The position numbers were made by a program, and so were the translations under genes. From Calditrichia bacterium (lineage in GTDB: Bacteria > Calditrichota > Calditrichia > JAJRVZ01): a DNA stretch of 64,000 nucleotides. Shown here piece by piece: positions 20,765 through 33,406 of this stretch (positions are counted from its first letter, which is position 1; each line of letters begins with the position of its first letter). The stretch covers positions 32,001-96,000 of the forward strand of contig CAWCNS010000011.1 of assembly GCA_963796965.1 (NCBI GenBank). The letters are read 5' to 3'. The notes below the pieces were generated by a model. That model saw nothing but the letters and a program-made list of their open reading frames with translations. It did not search any database and was not told the DNA's origin.

Positions 20765-21639
20765 TCTTGCACACCTGAATTGAGTAATTCTTCTGCCTGC
20801 CCCCGGTGGACAACTTTATATTTGCGTAAGATCTCTGTATAAAACTGCTCTTTGGCAGCTCTCCGCTCTTCCCGTAACAGATCATTAATAATTCTGATTC
20901 GAATATCCGTCCAATCCGGAACAATAGATTCTGTACGATTATAAATATAAACGGCATGTAAGCCATAGCCAGATTGAACGGGACCGACCCATTTTTCCTT
21001 TTCCTGGGCGATAAGAGAGGTCGCAAACTCATTACCAAACAGCGATCTGACTTCCTGTTCTGTTATATCTGCATACTGATTTTGCAACATAAAACGATCA
21101 CCATACTCTGACAATTTTATAAAGTCCGGTTTATCACGTTCAATCCTTTCAATAACCTGCTTTATAAACGCCTCACTCTTCTGTCCTCTCTCGTCAGTAT
21201 TTACATATATATGTACAAAACTTATCCTGGAAGGCGTACGATATTTATCTTTGCGTAAAGAATAATAGGCCCTGATTTCATCATCGGTAAAGTCTTTTGC
21301 CTGGACCTGACCTTCCGCAATAAAATCCATTTTTCGGACAAGACTACGTTTAATGATCTGATCGTTTTCATCATATCCACGGTTCAGGGCTTCACGGTAG
21401 AGTACTTCTTCGCGGATATAGTTTTTTAATCCAGTTTGTAATTCCTGACGTGTCGGTTGTCTTTGCCAGACGCGAGCCCAGGAATCCCGGACCTGTTCAA
21501 GATCGCTATCTGTTACAATAATACGGGATATATTTTCTGCCGCCCCGGGAGGGCCAAGAAGAATTAAAAGGATAATAAATAGAAGAAAACCGAACAGAAG
21601 TATATGAATATATGGATTGTCTTTAAAGTTAAATTTCAT
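20761..21639 (-). CDS. PpiC-type peptidyl-prolyl isomerase family protein
   Basis: IREEVLYREA..G.D..D.II.R, W.GPV.SGYGLH. Confidence 0.85.
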   Translation of the reverse strand: MKFNFKDNPYIHILLFGFLLFIILLILLGPPGAAENISRIIVTDSDLEQVRDSWARVWQRQPTRQELQTGLKNYIREEVLYREALNRGYDENDQIIKRSLVRKMDFIAEGQVQAKDFTDDEIRAYYSLRKDKYRTPSRISFVHIYVNTDERGQKSEAFIKQVIERIERDKPDFIKLSEYGDRFMLQNQYADITEQEVRSLFGNEFATSLIAQEKEKWVGPVQSGYGLHAVYIYNRTESIVPDWTDIRIRIINDLLREERRAAKEQFYTEILRKYKVVHRGQAEELLNSGVQE

Positions 21640-21711
21640 AATGATAGTGATCCATCCGTATAATCAACCCGTTTAATAAAACATATACTATTATATAAAA
21701 TTCATCGGGAA

Positions 21712-23688
21712 TCAGATTCCAAAGTGTTTAAATAACGCTTCAGCCTTTAATTCAACGGTGCGTGATTCGTCCTGCAATTCCTCTATAAATGGATTGGTCT
21801 CCAGCTCCCCTCTTACGGTAATAAAATCTTTTATTTTATCTTCGGGAGATCCATCCAGACCATAACCGATGGAGCTCGATGTATCAAATTCTTTTCCGGC
21901 ATCGTTCATTATCATATTATTTAATTTGATAGTATTGACTTTCCAGTCTTCAATGATCTGCGTAAATTGATCTTTACTTAGTTTCAAGAATGGTGTCTCG
22001 AATTGCTTTTCAATAAGGGAGGCACACCACCCCCAGGATTCCATAAAATAATTTTTGTGGATAGTAATCAGAGATTGGTGAAAGTCATTCAATTCCTTAA
22101 TATTGTTAGACTTTAACGCTTGAAGTAAATTCGCCTTTGATTTGGATGAAACAAACATCCCGGACCAATCATACCAGTCATCTAAATTAACTTTGTCCGG
22201 TTCAATTTTAACTTTTAATTCCTCCAAATCATGAACTGATGGGTGGGCATCAATCTGCCGTATTACTTCTGTACCCATATATATTTTAATAGCCATCTCA
22301 TAATACTTTACGGCCCGCTTAAGAATTAGACGCTTTAAGTGTACACCCTTATGTATCACAAATTCCACTTCACGCGAAGTATTTTCATACAACCGGCGTA
22401 ACGTTTCTATTCCTTTTAATATTCTTCCGATAACAAAAGGATTAAACAAGTCGAAGTGGATCATATCAAACTTTTCCGGATCACGCCGTTTATCCCTCTT
22501 AGGCCATTTTGAGCTGTCTCTCTTCGTACCAACCGTGAACAAGTTCATGGCTGGCATTAAAACACTTTTACCCTCCTCTTCTGTCACATACGAAAATGGA
22601 AATTCAGAGATATTAAAATTGGTGTAATGTTTTCCTATAACAGCCGTATAAGCACCAATGTGGGAAGGCCATAACATGTAGGAGAATGAACCGGTTTTGG
22701 CTCCCCGATCCAAGATACCCTGGTGCAAGGGGCCAAGTTTATACATGTGATTACTTTGATTTGTGCCACTGCCGGCATTAAAAAATGAAAACAGACCGGC
22801 AATTAATAACGTAGATCTATGGTGCGTCACCGTATAAGGTCCGGCAAAAACACTGCAGGCTTCACTATGGAATGCCTCAGAATTGCAAAAAAAGGCAGAA
22901 TTTTCGGCAGAGAATTGCTTTCCGATACTAACGGCCTGACCAACAAAACAATGGGTCAGCAAAGCCCCTTCATCAATAGAAGAACCCGACTGAACAATGA
23001 AATGTTTGGCGACAACCCCTTCACCTATTTTAACAGTTGCTTTGTCATTACTGAGAATCGAACCCTCTTCAAGTCTTATAACATCCTGAATAGTTGCATG
23101 TGATCCAAAGGTAACATTTTTTATAGTACCACAATTACGAATTCGGGTGTTCCGACCTATGGTACCCTGACTATTTCTTTTCTTTGTCACGTAGCGTTCT
23201 ATCAACTGTTCAAGTGATTTAATGAGATCATCCTCATAGCGGTAATTGACTATAAGATAGGCTAGCTGTGCACTTAAAGTGTCAAATATGGGCAGTTCCC
23301 TGCCGCCACCCTCATTTAGTATTTCTATTCGTGTACCATTTCCAAAAGACGTCTCACCTGTCACAGCAAGTGATTCTATACTTTCAAGACAAACACCTTC
23401 TTCAATGGTATAATTTTGTACGTAGCCAACATTTGCGATACGAACATTATTCTGTATTGAGACATTATTGAGGAAACAGTTATAGAGCCCGCAAGGTTTA
23501 AGAACACCTTCTTCCACTTCACAATAATCTTCAAAAATACCTAAGTTAATGATTCCAGAAAAATGAACATTTATAATCTTTTCAGCGACAAATTTTTCTG
23601 GAACACGTATGGATTGCCAATTATCAGATTTACATCCATTCTTAACCAGCGACTCAATTTCCAACTCATTTAAATTTCGATCTGACAT
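21712..23688 (-). CDS. DUF4954 family protein (left-handed beta-helix-like)
   Basis: [55 protein letters not shown]. Confidence 0.85.
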   Translation of the reverse strand: MSDRNLNELEIESLVKNGCKSDNWQSIRVPEKFVAEKIINVHFSGIINLGIFEDYCEVEEGVLKPCGLYNCFLNNVSIQNNVRIANVGYVQNYTIEEGVCLESIESLAVTGETSFGNGTRIEILNEGGGRELPIFDTLSAQLAYLIVNYRYEDDLIKSLEQLIERYVTKKRNSQGTIGRNTRIRNCGTIKNVTFGSHATIQDVIRLEEGSILSNDKATVKIGEGVVAKHFIVQSGSSIDEGALLTHCFVGQAVSIGKQFSAENSAFFCNSEAFHSEACSVFAGPYTVTHHRSTLLIAGLFSFFNAGSGTNQSNHMYKLGPLHQGILDRGAKTGSFSYMLWPSHIGAYTAVIGKHYTNFNISEFPFSYVTEEEGKSVLMPAMNLFTVGTKRDSSKWPKRDKRRDPEKFDMIHFDLFNPFVIGRILKGIETLRRLYENTSREVEFVIHKGVHLKRLILKRAVKYYEMAIKIYMGTEVIRQIDAHPSVHDLEELKVKIEPDKVNLDDWYDWSGMFVSSKSKANLLQALKSNNIKELNDFHQSLITIHKNYFMESWGWCASLIEKQFETPFLKLSKDQFTQIIEDWKVNTIKLNNMIMNDAGKEFDTSSSIGYGLDGSPEDKIKDFITVRGELETNPFIEELQDESRTVELKAEALFKHFGI

Positions 23689-24511
23689 CCCGATACCTCA
23701 TTAGAGCCTTGGGTAAATTATTTAAGCTTTCACTCTCAATATCTTTAAAATACTTCACCGTCCCAACTTTTAATTCCATGGTGGAAGATTCATCACAACA
23801 GATCATACCCTTTTTGTGTAACTGAAGCATAGATACCGTCCACATATGGTTAACACCCTCTTCTACAACTTTTTGCAGAGCCCGGGCTTTGCTATAATCG
23901 CTAATGATGATGAGTAATTTTCGGGCATCCATCACCGTTCCAACCCCAACTGTGAGGGCTGTTTTTGGCACTTTATTGATATCATTATCGAAAAAACGGG
24001 AGTTTGCGACGATGGTATCATAGGTGAGGGTTTTGATTCGTGTACGTGATGAAAGTGACGAACCGGGTTCATTAAAGGCAATATGACCATCCGGACCAAT
24101 ACCACCTAAGAACAGATCGATGCCACCCACCTTTTTTATTTTTTCTTCGAATTCCTCGCATTCCTTCTCAAGATCTTCTGCATTACCATTAAGTATATTA
24201 ACATTCTCCTCGGGGATATCGACATGACTGAAGAGATTACTCCACATAAAATAGTGATAACTTTCGGGATGATCATCCGGGATACCGACATATTCATCCA
24301 TATTAAATGTAATCACATTTTGAAAAGAAACCTGACCTGTCTTATAGATCTGTACGAGTTCACGATAAGTTCCGATAGGTGAAGAACCTGTGGGCAATCC
24401 TATAACAAATGGTTTTTCTGCTGTCGGATTTGCTTTATTTATTTGTGATGCTACATAGTGGGCTACCCATTTGCTAAGTACCTGGTAGTTTTCATGAATT
24501 AAAATACGCAT
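23666..24511 (-). CDS. nagB: Glucosamine-6-phosphate deaminase
   Basis: [37 protein letters not shown]. Confidence 0.96.
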   Translation of the reverse strand: MRILIHENYQVLSKWVAHYVASQINKANPTAEKPFVIGLPTGSSPIGTYRELVQIYKTGQVSFQNVITFNMDEYVGIPDDHPESYHYFMWSNLFSHVDIPEENVNILNGNAEDLEKECEEFEEKIKKVGGIDLFLGGIGPDGHIAFNEPGSSLSSRTRIKTLTYDTIVANSRFFDNDINKVPKTALTVGVGTVMDARKLLIIISDYSKARALQKVVEEGVNHMWTVSMLQLHKKGMICCDESSTMELKVGTVKYFKDIESESLNNLPKALMRYRDVRSKFK

Positions 24512-24538
24512 AACCTTACTCCTCTTCTTGAATTTTAT

Positions 24539-26674
24539 TTACAACATGATTTTTGTGTCGGCAATGAGACATCCCTTACCCATACCATGTACAATTAAAG
24601 GATTGATGTCGAGCTCCTTTATTTGTGGACAATCAATAGCCAATTGAGATATACGCTGCAAGCTCTTCCACGATAGAGGGGATATCATCTTCTTCCTTGC
24701 CACGATAACCCATTAGGAGAGCGGCTGCCTTTGTTTCTTCAATCATCTCCCTGGCAGAAATCCGATCAAGGGGAGCAATTCGAAAACTCACATCTTTAAA
24801 TAATTCGACAAAGATTCCACCTAGCCCAAACATCAGGACAGGGCCGAAAGAATCATCCCTTTTGACACCCAATATAATCTCTTCCCCGGAAGGGATCATC
24901 TGCCCGACCATTATACCCTGAATTTTTGCATCAGGCATAAGATTGGACACATTCTTGATAATTTCGCTATAAGCGTCCTTTACTTGTCCATCAGATGTCA
25001 AATTTAACAAGACACCTTTAACATCAAATTTATGAACAATGTCCTCGGAGACAACTTTCATCACCACAGGATAACCAATCTCCTTGGCGAGATTTAAAGC
25101 CTCTTCTTGTGATTGGGCCAAACCATTTGCAACGACTGGCAACCCATAAGCAGCAAGAACTTTTGAAGCTTCGATTTCCGGCAGATATTTCCGTTCCTCT
25201 TTCAACGCCTTGCTAAGGATGGCCTGTGCTTTTTCTTTATTAACATCATCAAAAATCTCAATCTTTTCTGATTTTTTTTCAAGTTGCATCTTAAAATTAA
25301 AAGCTGCTGCAAAGGCCATGCTCATGGATTCGGCCAGCTGATAATGAGGTATTTTATTTCTTTGTAAAATATCTATTCCTGAGGCCACATCTGCTTCACC
25401 CATAAAAGAAGTATAAAGTGGCTTTTTATAATGCGCACTAACTTTGCAAATCTCCCGGGCAATGGCATCGATATCTGTCATCGATTGAGGAGTTAAAATT
25501 ACAAATACACCATCAACATTACTATCAACCAGGGCCTTTGAAACGGCCACATTATAACGATCGACCCGTGCGTCACCAATGACATCTACCGGATTTTTAA
25601 TATTGGCTGTATTGGGTAAACTCTTTTTAAATGCTTTCGTTGTTTCTTCTGAGAATTTTGCCAATTTCAATCCACGGGTAATTGAAGCATCGGTGGTTAA
25701 AACACCCGGTCCACCAGCATTGGTAATAATGGCAACCCGGTTATTAACCGGCAATGGTTGATAAGCCATAGCGATTGCCTTATTAAACATCTCTTCAATA
25801 TCTGTGCAGCGGATGATCCCTGCCTGACTAACGCCGCGGCTGTTATCTCATCACGGCCGGCTAATGATCCGGTATGGGATGCCGCTGCCTGAAGCTCCTT
25901 CTGATGTACGGCCGGATTTAATTGCTAATATCGGTTTTCCCGTTGTTAGATATTACTTCTTTAGCAACTCTCATTAATCCTGGACCATCAGATAATTTCT
26001 TCAAGATAAACAAGAATCACTTTTGTTTTAGGATCATTACCCAGGTAATAGAGTAAATCAATCTCACTGATATCAGCTTTGTTTCCAAAACTGATAAATT
26101 TAGAGAACCCGATATGTTTTGCCTGGGCATAATCCAAAACGGCCGTGCACAAAGCCCCGCTCTGTGAGATAAAACCAATACTACCTTCCTCTGGCATCTT
26201 ACGCGCGAAGGAGGCATTAAGTAAAACAGCGGGATCCGTATTAATCACTCCCAGACAATTTGGGCCAATAAAAGACATGTCATACTTTTTGGCTATTTCT
26301 TTAATTGTTTCTTCTCTCTCAACGCCTGTTCCACCCACTTCCCGAAAACCAGCGGAGATGATAATCACGGACTTGATACCTTTTTGGCCACATTGATCTA
26401 ACGCCATATGACATACGGAACTGGGAAATACCAGAACGGCAAGATCGATTGGATCTTCGATATCTACTATATATTTAAATGCCTTCAACCCGGAAATGAA
26501 TTTTTCTCTGGGAGAAACAGGATAGATAACACCTTGAAAATCCGACTTGAGCATATTTTGGACGATATCATTTGGGACTGTGCCCGGAACTTTATTTGCG
26601 CCAAGAATAGCTACAGATTGCGGATTGAATATTTTTTTTAGATTTTTCTGAGATAAACTCAGTTCATCTGACAT
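24539..26674 (-). CDS. ADP-forming acetate/acyl-CoA ligase, alpha-beta fusion (frameshifted)
   Basis: CoA-binding domain, GPNCLG, SQSGA, S.GNKAD, TNAGGPG, ATP-grasp HKFDVKGV, FGPVLMFGLGG, ELDINPL at the 3' end. Confidence 0.9.
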
Positions 26675-26716
26675 ATGTCCTCCGTTTCTGACGACTCTTT
26701 CAGTATAGGACTTTCA

Positions 26717-26956
26717 CTATATATGATTTTTTATAAATGATACAGCATCTGAGACACTTTGAACGTCCAGCGCTTTGTCTTCATCCATCTCAATCTCAAA
26801 TTCTTCCTCAAATGCAGCGACCAATTCCAAACTTTGCATCGAATCTGCACCAAGGTCAAAAATAAAATTCGCATCGTCAGATATTTCCGATTCATTCACT
26901 TTTAAAACGCGGGAGATAACCTTTTTTACGCGTTCTTGTACTTCATTGTTATTCAT
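26717..26956 (-). CDS. acpP: Acyl carrier protein
   Basis: 79 aa, acidic; DLGADSM with phosphopantetheine Ser; EEEFEIE. Confidence 0.9.
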   Translation of the reverse strand: MNNNEVQERVKKVISRVLKVNESEISDDANFIFDLGADSMQSLELVAAFEEEFEIEMDEDKALDVQSVSDAVSFIKNHI

Positions 26957-27051
26957 TTAAACTCCTTCCCTGTTATTTTATTTTCACTATGATAATTATA
27001 ATTGATTTTTCAATAAAATGTCAATCCATGGGGTATTTGAAATGAGATAAT

Positions 27052-28170
27052 TCATTTCTTTGAACTTTGCCGAAACAGAAAAACACTAAGAACCAACAAT
27101 AATCCGACAATGCCTATCAATTGAGCCAACCGCCAAAAAAAATGATCGATAAGATCATATCCTCGTCTATTTATTTTTTCAAGGATTTCGTCTGAGAGTT
27201 TTTCACTTATAGCAATAATATCATTTATTGTTTTAATCCGCTGGCGATCGATCTCATTAAGGACAGCAATACGTTCGGAGGTTATCGCTAAGAGGATTAT
27301 CTCTCTTTCTCTTCGTAATTTATTTAATGTGGAGATTTGTAAGTCTGTCACCAATTCGGGAGTTTCCTGAACAATCCTGGTGATGTCGTCAATCGAATTC
27401 GTTATTCTTGTCAGATTATTGAAGGTCGCTTGAATATTTTTGTCATCTAATTTCTGATTGATTAGATATTCAGCCTGCCAGCGCGCCTGTCGCGGGAGTA
27501 GATCGGTATAAATACTCATACGCTCTCTTATATCAAATATTCCGGCAGCGATATTTCCTACGGTTTCCTGGAGAGTAACTTCATCAATCTGATACATTGT
27601 CATCAATGTATCACCTACTGATTTTCTTGTAAAACTGAGATCATCGATGGGGTTTCTTCAGGCCCACTGATAAATAGGTTATTTCCTCATTAACTTGTCT
27701 TCCAATGTTACCACCACCCTATTCCATATGATTTTTAATTCCTTCATTATTATTTTTGAGGCATCCCGGGCAATATAAGTATATTCACCAAAGACATCTT
27801 TTCCATTTCCCTTGTCAAAAAACTGATCCATCTGAATGCAAAAAGTGGCGATATCAATTAAAGCGGCCATGGGATCATTCAAGAAAAATGCATAGTGTGA
27901 AGCCGGGATACTGTTAATTTTCCATCGCAAGGCATTCATTTTGATCTGGGGATCATCACTCTTTGTTATAATTTCATCTGCTGCCCTTTCCACTATTTTA
28001 GCAAAGTAGACAGTAAAATTAGTCAACCGATTACGCAATTCCATTCGAGATATATTTTCCACTTCTTGTTGTTTCATTAATGGGCTCTGGCTTGATATGG
28101 ACCCACACCCAATCATGTGCAAAGCTGTGATAGCCATGAATAAAATAAGTGTCCCGTACGTCTTTTTCAT
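27052..28170 (-). CDS. Helical lipoprotein with C-terminal TM segment (frameshift near 27680)
   Basis: Lipobox MIGC; VERAADEI, ALRWK, P.AALID; downstream LPRQARWQAE and IDHFFWRLAQL. Confidence 0.7.
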
Positions 28171-28224
28171 CTTATTTTCTCTTCAATTATATCAGATTAA
28201 AATTTATATAACTTCTGCTCAAAA

Positions 28225-28391
28225 TGTAAGCACCTTATCAAATTTATGTCCTATATTTTCATTTTCACCCAGTATGATATCTTTAATTCCTTGACCTCAT
28301 TTTCCAAATTTCAAATTCTTTTTGAGAGTTGGTTTAAAAAAAGAATTATAACGCCAACTACCATGATCAGAAATATTAACCATGTTTCCAT
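28225..28391 (-). pseudogene. Small membrane-anchored protein, interrupted
   Basis: GGAGG RBS then METWLIFLIMVVGVIILFLNQLSKRI*NLENEVKELK. Confidence 0.35.
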
Positions 28392-28618
28392 GAGTTCCTC
28401 CAAAATAACCGTATTTACATAAATACCATTAATTGAGATACTTATAAACAATGGCGAGGTATAGTATATTAAGAATTATCATATAGCTTTAATTGAGTTA
28501 AAATACTCTCTAAGAATTGGAGATTTAAATTATAAGTACCAAAATATAAACAAAAAAAGGAAATCTTTCCTATAACTATTTATGAGAATAATCAGAAGGG
28601 TTTATCGGCTGGGGCGAT

Positions 28619-29806
28619 TTATTTACCCTTGTAGTTTAAAGCAAATAGGGTCAGATCATCATCCTGTATTGAATCGGCACAAGCACAATCTCTGATTTCT
28701 TCGAAGAGGGTAAAGATAGTCTTTTGGAGGTTTTGTGATTTTTTATTTAATAATACCTTTTTTATAATTTCCTCAAACGGAAAGATATCACTATCATTCA
28801 TCATTGATATAAAGCCATCGGTATAAAGAAGAATTACATCTCCTACTGACATATATAAACTTTGGGAGATAAATTCAGCATCTTCTATTACACCGAGCAC
28901 CATACTGCCTGGTTCATTCAGATGTTTTATCTCATTTTGTGAACTTTTATAATAGGGAAAGGTATGCCCGCCATTACTATAAGTAACTTTTCCGGTTCCT
29001 AAATCAAGTATACCATAAAATACAGCAATAAATAAGGATGGATCGCTCTCCCGAACCAATACTTTATTTACTTCCTGCAGGCAGAGATCAGGAGGATAAC
29101 CCTGAAAGGCAAAAGATCTTACCAAGGTTCGACTTGTTGCCATAAAAAGCGCTGCTGGTAATCCTTTTGATGCCACGTCACCAATAACAAATCCCATTCT
29201 GTTTTTATCCAGAAAGAAATAGTCATAAAAATCACCACCTACCTGATGCGCAGATTCCGAATGTCCGCCAATATCCAGGCGGTCATCATTGTTAACATTT
29301 GAATCCCGGTTTGATATTACAGTGGTTTGAATCTGTCTGGCAATATCTAATTCCTGTTCTAAGGCCAGCAATTTTCTTTGACTGGAATCAGCTTCTCTCA
29401 GGGCCAGGGTCTCTTCCAAAACATTGTTCAAAGTTTTTTCAAAATCAGGCAAGTCTAAGGGTAATAATAAGAAATCAAAAGCTCCCCGGTTGAGTGCAGC
29501 ACGGATAGTATTATAATCATCTCTATGAGAGAGTAACACGGTGTTTATCCTTGGGTGATTTTCTTCGAGATGTCGTAATAGAGCAAGACCATTCATTTCC
29601 GGAAGATTTAATTCTGTGTAGACAATATCAAAAGATATATTGTGTTTCAGAGCGGATATGGCGCCGCTTCCACTCTTTACAAAACTGACGTGAAATTGAT
29701 GTGATTTGTGAATTGAAAGTATCGTGCGGCGAACCTGGTCTTCCAGCACTTTATCATTTACAACAAATAAAATATTTATGGGACGGCTTGATTTCATATC
29801 ATTCAT
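28619..29806 (-). CDS. Receiver-like domain + PP2C/SpoIIE phosphatase (RsbU-like)
   Basis: REC fold, ELDIARQIQ, VGGDFYD, IGDVASKG, LYTDG, DDLT. Confidence 0.9.
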   Translation of the reverse strand: MNDMKSSRPINILFVVNDKVLEDQVRRTILSIHKSHQFHVSFVKSGSGAISALKHNISFDIVYTELNLPEMNGLALLRHLEENHPRINTVLLSHRDDYNTIRAALNRGAFDFLLLPLDLPDFEKTLNNVLEETLALREADSSQRKLLALEQELDIARQIQTTVISNRDSNVNNDDRLDIGGHSESAHQVGGDFYDYFFLDKNRMGFVIGDVASKGLPAALFMATSRTLVRSFAFQGYPPDLCLQEVNKVLVRESDPSLFIAVFYGILDLGTGKVTYSNGGHTFPYYKSSQNEIKHLNEPGSMVLGVIEDAEFISQSLYMSVGDVILLYTDGFISMMNDSDIFPFEEIIKKVLLNKKSQNLQKTIFTLFEEIRDCACADSIQDDDLTLFALNYKGK

Positions 29807-29822
29807 TGAGCAAAATATCGAA

Positions 29823-30719
29823 TCACGCAGTCTTCTGTTGATTCAACCCGAAAGAGCGGACGGCTTCAAGAATTTCTTCCTTTTTCTTTTCGACGGCTTG
29901 TTTCCCGGCGTCCAGAATTTTGGGAACCGCATCAATATCCCACATTTTGATTGTTTTCTCAAAGGGTACCTTAATGGTTATAATTTCGTAATCATGAAGA
30001 TCTATGGAAAGTGCCATTTGATATTTTGTAACTGCTGTGGATTGAATTTTGTAGATATTATTAAAACATGAGAAAAAGCCTCTCGGGCTAGGATGGATCG
30101 GATCCTCAAAGATCACAGCAATAATAATATCCATCTGTCTTTTTACAGCTTCCATAACTGGTAATGAAGAGGTATAAAAACCATCCGTATACCAACGCCC
30201 ATCAATATTGATGGGGGGTAAAATAGGAAAAATTGCCCCGGAGGCATAGATGGCATCGGCTAATAGTCCTTTCTCAAGCACCGTCCCCTGACCTGTTTCC
30301 AGATCTGTAACCTGCAAAAGGGTTTTTGGGTTTAAATCTTCAAGTCTTTTATCGCCAAAAACATCTTTATACATTGCTCTAATTCTATCTGGTTTCAAAA
30401 AACCGGATGTTTTGCTGAACCGACCAAAAGGCAAGTTATACATACCGAGCAAAGCACGAAGATCTTTTTTGACAAATAAATCTTTATTTAGAAACTTTTT
30501 AGCGTTGGATCTTATTTCTTCAACACTCATCCCGGCCCCCACCGCAGCAGCAAGAATCGATCCACCGCTACATCCGATAAGCAGATCGATCGGAATCTTT
30601 TGCTCATTTAAAAACTCAAATACGGCTAATGAAGAAAATGCTTTTATACTACCGCTTGCAAGAACCACACCAACCTTGGGCCCATTTTCATTAGTATTTA
30701 TGTCGCTTTTATTCACCAT
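29823..30719 (-). CDS. Patatin-like phospholipase
   Basis: LASGSIKA, GCSGG nucleophile motif, TDG. Confidence 0.88.
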   Translation of the reverse strand: MVNKSDINTNENGPKVGVVLASGSIKAFSSLAVFEFLNEQKIPIDLLIGCSGGSILAAAVGAGMSVEEIRSNAKKFLNKDLFVKKDLRALLGMYNLPFGRFSKTSGFLKPDRIRAMYKDVFGDKRLEDLNPKTLLQVTDLETGQGTVLEKGLLADAIYASGAIFPILPPINIDGRWYTDGFYTSSLPVMEAVKRQMDIIIAVIFEDPIHPSPRGFFSCFNNIYKIQSTAVTKYQMALSIDLHDYEIITIKVPFEKTIKMWDIDAVPKILDAGKQAVEKKKEEILEAVRSFGLNQQKTA

Positions 30720-31003
30720 TTCCTCAGCCTTTCGTGCCTATAGTAACATTATTTTAAAAAAAGAGTACCCTATTGTAATCAGAGATATAAGCCTCAGACT
30801 ACATAAGTCTTAATATGGAATTATTTCATAAATTCGCCCAAATACTTTCTCAATTCAGCAAAATTAAACTGTCATTCCGTCCCGGAACGGAATCCCGTCT
30901 CGGGAAAGGAATCTTTCAACATATCCGGATGACATCAACACAAAGGAAGATCCCTTCAGGATGACAAAGTAGATGGTCTATCAATCCATAGCCAGGTGCT
31001 TCT

Positions 31004-31342
31004 TTAATGATTGATCACAGCCAACGCATCTTCCCGATTATTGTATACCTGGAACAAATCAAGAAACCCGGAGATATCGAACACCTCCTGAATCTGAGGC
31101 TGCAATCCCAATAGAACAAACTGACCATTTTTTCTTTTCAAAGTCTTCAAAGCAACCAGAAAGACACGCAACGCAGAACTACTCACATAGTCCAACCCCG
31201 TACAATCACCTATTAAATCCGTCTTACCACTCTCTATAATTTTTATTAATTCAGATTCAAAATCCCGGGAAGTTAGCGTGTCGATCCTTCCATTAATATT
31301 AAGAATTAATTTGTTCCCTATTTGTTCTGTTATGATTTCCAT
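31004..31342 (-). CDS. STAS anti-sigma factor antagonist (RsbV-like)
   Basis: GRID, LDYVSSSALR, VFDISGF. Confidence 0.92.
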   Translation of the reverse strand: MEIITEQIGNKLILNINGRIDTLTSRDFESELIKIIESGKTDLIGDCTGLDYVSSSALRVFLVALKTLKRKNGQFVLLGLQPQIQEVFDISGFLDLFQVYNNREDALAVINH

Positions 31343-31382
31343 TAAAACCCCACATTCCGATATTTACCAGTTTGTCACACAA

Positions 31383-31814
31383 TTATTTTATTCTATGCCT
31401 CTGCAATTGCAGTATATTTATGTTATTTTGCCTATGATAGCTAATCGAATCCATCAACTTGAAGATTAGATGTAATCCGATTCCGCCCACATCTCTGTTC
31501 TCCAAAGGTTGATTAAGATCAGGTAACTCAAATTCCCTCGGATCAAAATATTTTCCTTCATCAGAAACTGTTATAAAAAATTCTTTTGTATTAACCTTTA
31601 TCGTTATCCTTATTTTACTAATATCACCATGCTCATATCCATGGTTGATAAGATTAGTGAACCACTCTTCAAGCACAAGGTTTATATCATGAAGATCTAA
31701 CTTATTCAATCCGAGTCGAGTAAAATATTCATCCAGATTTGCCGAGAGATTTTTTAACTCCTTGAGATTATTTTTCAAAACAAACTCAATTATATTAACG
31801 CCCGGATTTTTCAA
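31383..31814 (-). CDS. Anti-sigma factor kinase (RsbW-like HATPase_c)
   Basis: EEWFTNLINHGY, DEGKYFDP, GGIGLHLI. Confidence 0.9.
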   Translation of the reverse strand: MKNPGVNIIEFVLKNNLKELKNLSANLDEYFTRLGLNKLDLHDINLVLEEWFTNLINHGYEHGDISKIRITIKVNTKEFFITVSDEGKYFDPREFELPDLNQPLENRDVGGIGLHLIFKLMDSISYHRQNNINILQLQRHRIK

Positions 31815-31825
31815 GATTATTGTCC

Positions 31826-32951
31826 TTATAACGTAATGGCCATCGCTGTAATATCATCAGACTGATTTGTGCCCAATGTAAATGATTTGATATTTTTTAG
31901 GACACCCTGAATCATTTCTTCTGCTGACTTTCCTTTAAAAGCTTGCAATGATTCTATCAGACGATCGCGACCATATAATTTTTTTGCCGGGTTCTCGGCC
32001 TCAGTTATGCCATCTGTATACAGAAAAAGAGAGTCACCATCGGACAGATTAATTGTTTTACTTTGATAGGATATCTCACTATCAAACCCAAGAGCCATAT
32101 TAGCGGTTCTTTCCAACGACTTAACCCCTCCCCCGACACCTATCAATAGAGGACTATCATGACCACCAATACAGTAATTCAAACTTTTATCCTGCACATT
32201 CAATACGCCATAAAAAAGTGTAACAAACATGGCCGATGGATTATCTTCGCTTAATACACGATTTACATGACTCAGACATTCGCAAGGTGTCCAACCCTGC
32301 AAAGCCGTAGACTTTTATCAGCGAACGACAAACAGCCATAAAAAGTGCCGCCGGAACACCTTTTCCTGAGACATCACCAATTACAAACCCAATCCTTTTG
32401 TTGTCAATCATAAAATAATCGTAGAAGTCACCACCAATTTCTTTTGCCGGGATCATTGAGGCTGATATATCATAACCTTCAATCACATTTTTTTTTGATG
32501 GTAATACATATTCCTGAATCTGCGCAGCAACATCTAACTCCCTTTGATAAAGTTGTAGTCTGTTTTTGGTTTTTCTTGCTGCTCTTTTTACCTCTGCATT
32601 CTCAACAGCTCTCTTAAGAGTAGAAGACAGGGAAAGGGAATCGACGGGAGATAAAATGATGTCATAAGCCCCCTTATTCATTGCCAGACGTGCTTCCTCA
32701 AGGTTCCACTTATCGACAACTAAAATCACACAAACGGAAGGATTTGTCTGCCTGATCTCGGATATGAGTGAAAAATTCTCGCCTCCTGAATAGGGATCAA
32801 CCATAACAATCCCTAATTCTGTATCTCTAAGCAAAGCCCGTTGGATTCGATTGGTCGTTAGGACAAATTCAAATTGCCAGCCCTTACGAGTGGCATTTTT
32901 TTCAATCTGTTCTCTAATCGTTTGAGAGTGTAGCGAAATTAGTATTTTCAT
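31826..32951 (-). CDS. Degenerate receiver + SpoIIE phosphatase (frameshift near 32300)
   Basis: IGGDFYD, GDVSGKGVPAA, MFVTLFYG, YTDGITEA, QSDDIT. Confidence 0.88.
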
Positions 32952-33329
32952 GGAGACAATATATAGGAACCCATCTTACATTATTATTTTATTTGAATCT
33001 TTTTACGAACGATTACCGCCCAGATGATCATCGCCAGAGACTGATAGAAACACATGACACTAAACATCCTTTCATAGGACATGAATGCAAGCATGCAATA
33101 TTATTAGTACAATAAAAATGAGATTGATCAATGATTAAAAACGGTTAAACACGAAATCTACCATAATTATTTCTTGATTATCAAAATTGTATCTACAAAG
33201 GCCAAATTTTTTAAAAACAAGTATTTAAATAGATACACAGTACAAACTTTTTATTATTGTATCATTGGAAAAATTGTGATACGAGCCATTTGAGAATGTG
33301 ATTATAGATAAAGGTAGGTTTTTGAGATA

Positions 33330-33365
33330 AAAAAGAGCCCATTGATATTAACAACGGGCTCTTTA
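33330..33365. terminator. Rho-independent terminator after the peroxidase gene
   Basis: aaaaagagccc-attgatattaacaac-gggctcttt. Confidence 0.75.
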
Positions 33366-33406
33366 TAAATGTAAAGAAGAATATCTTAGAAAAATTTGAT
33401 CATTTA

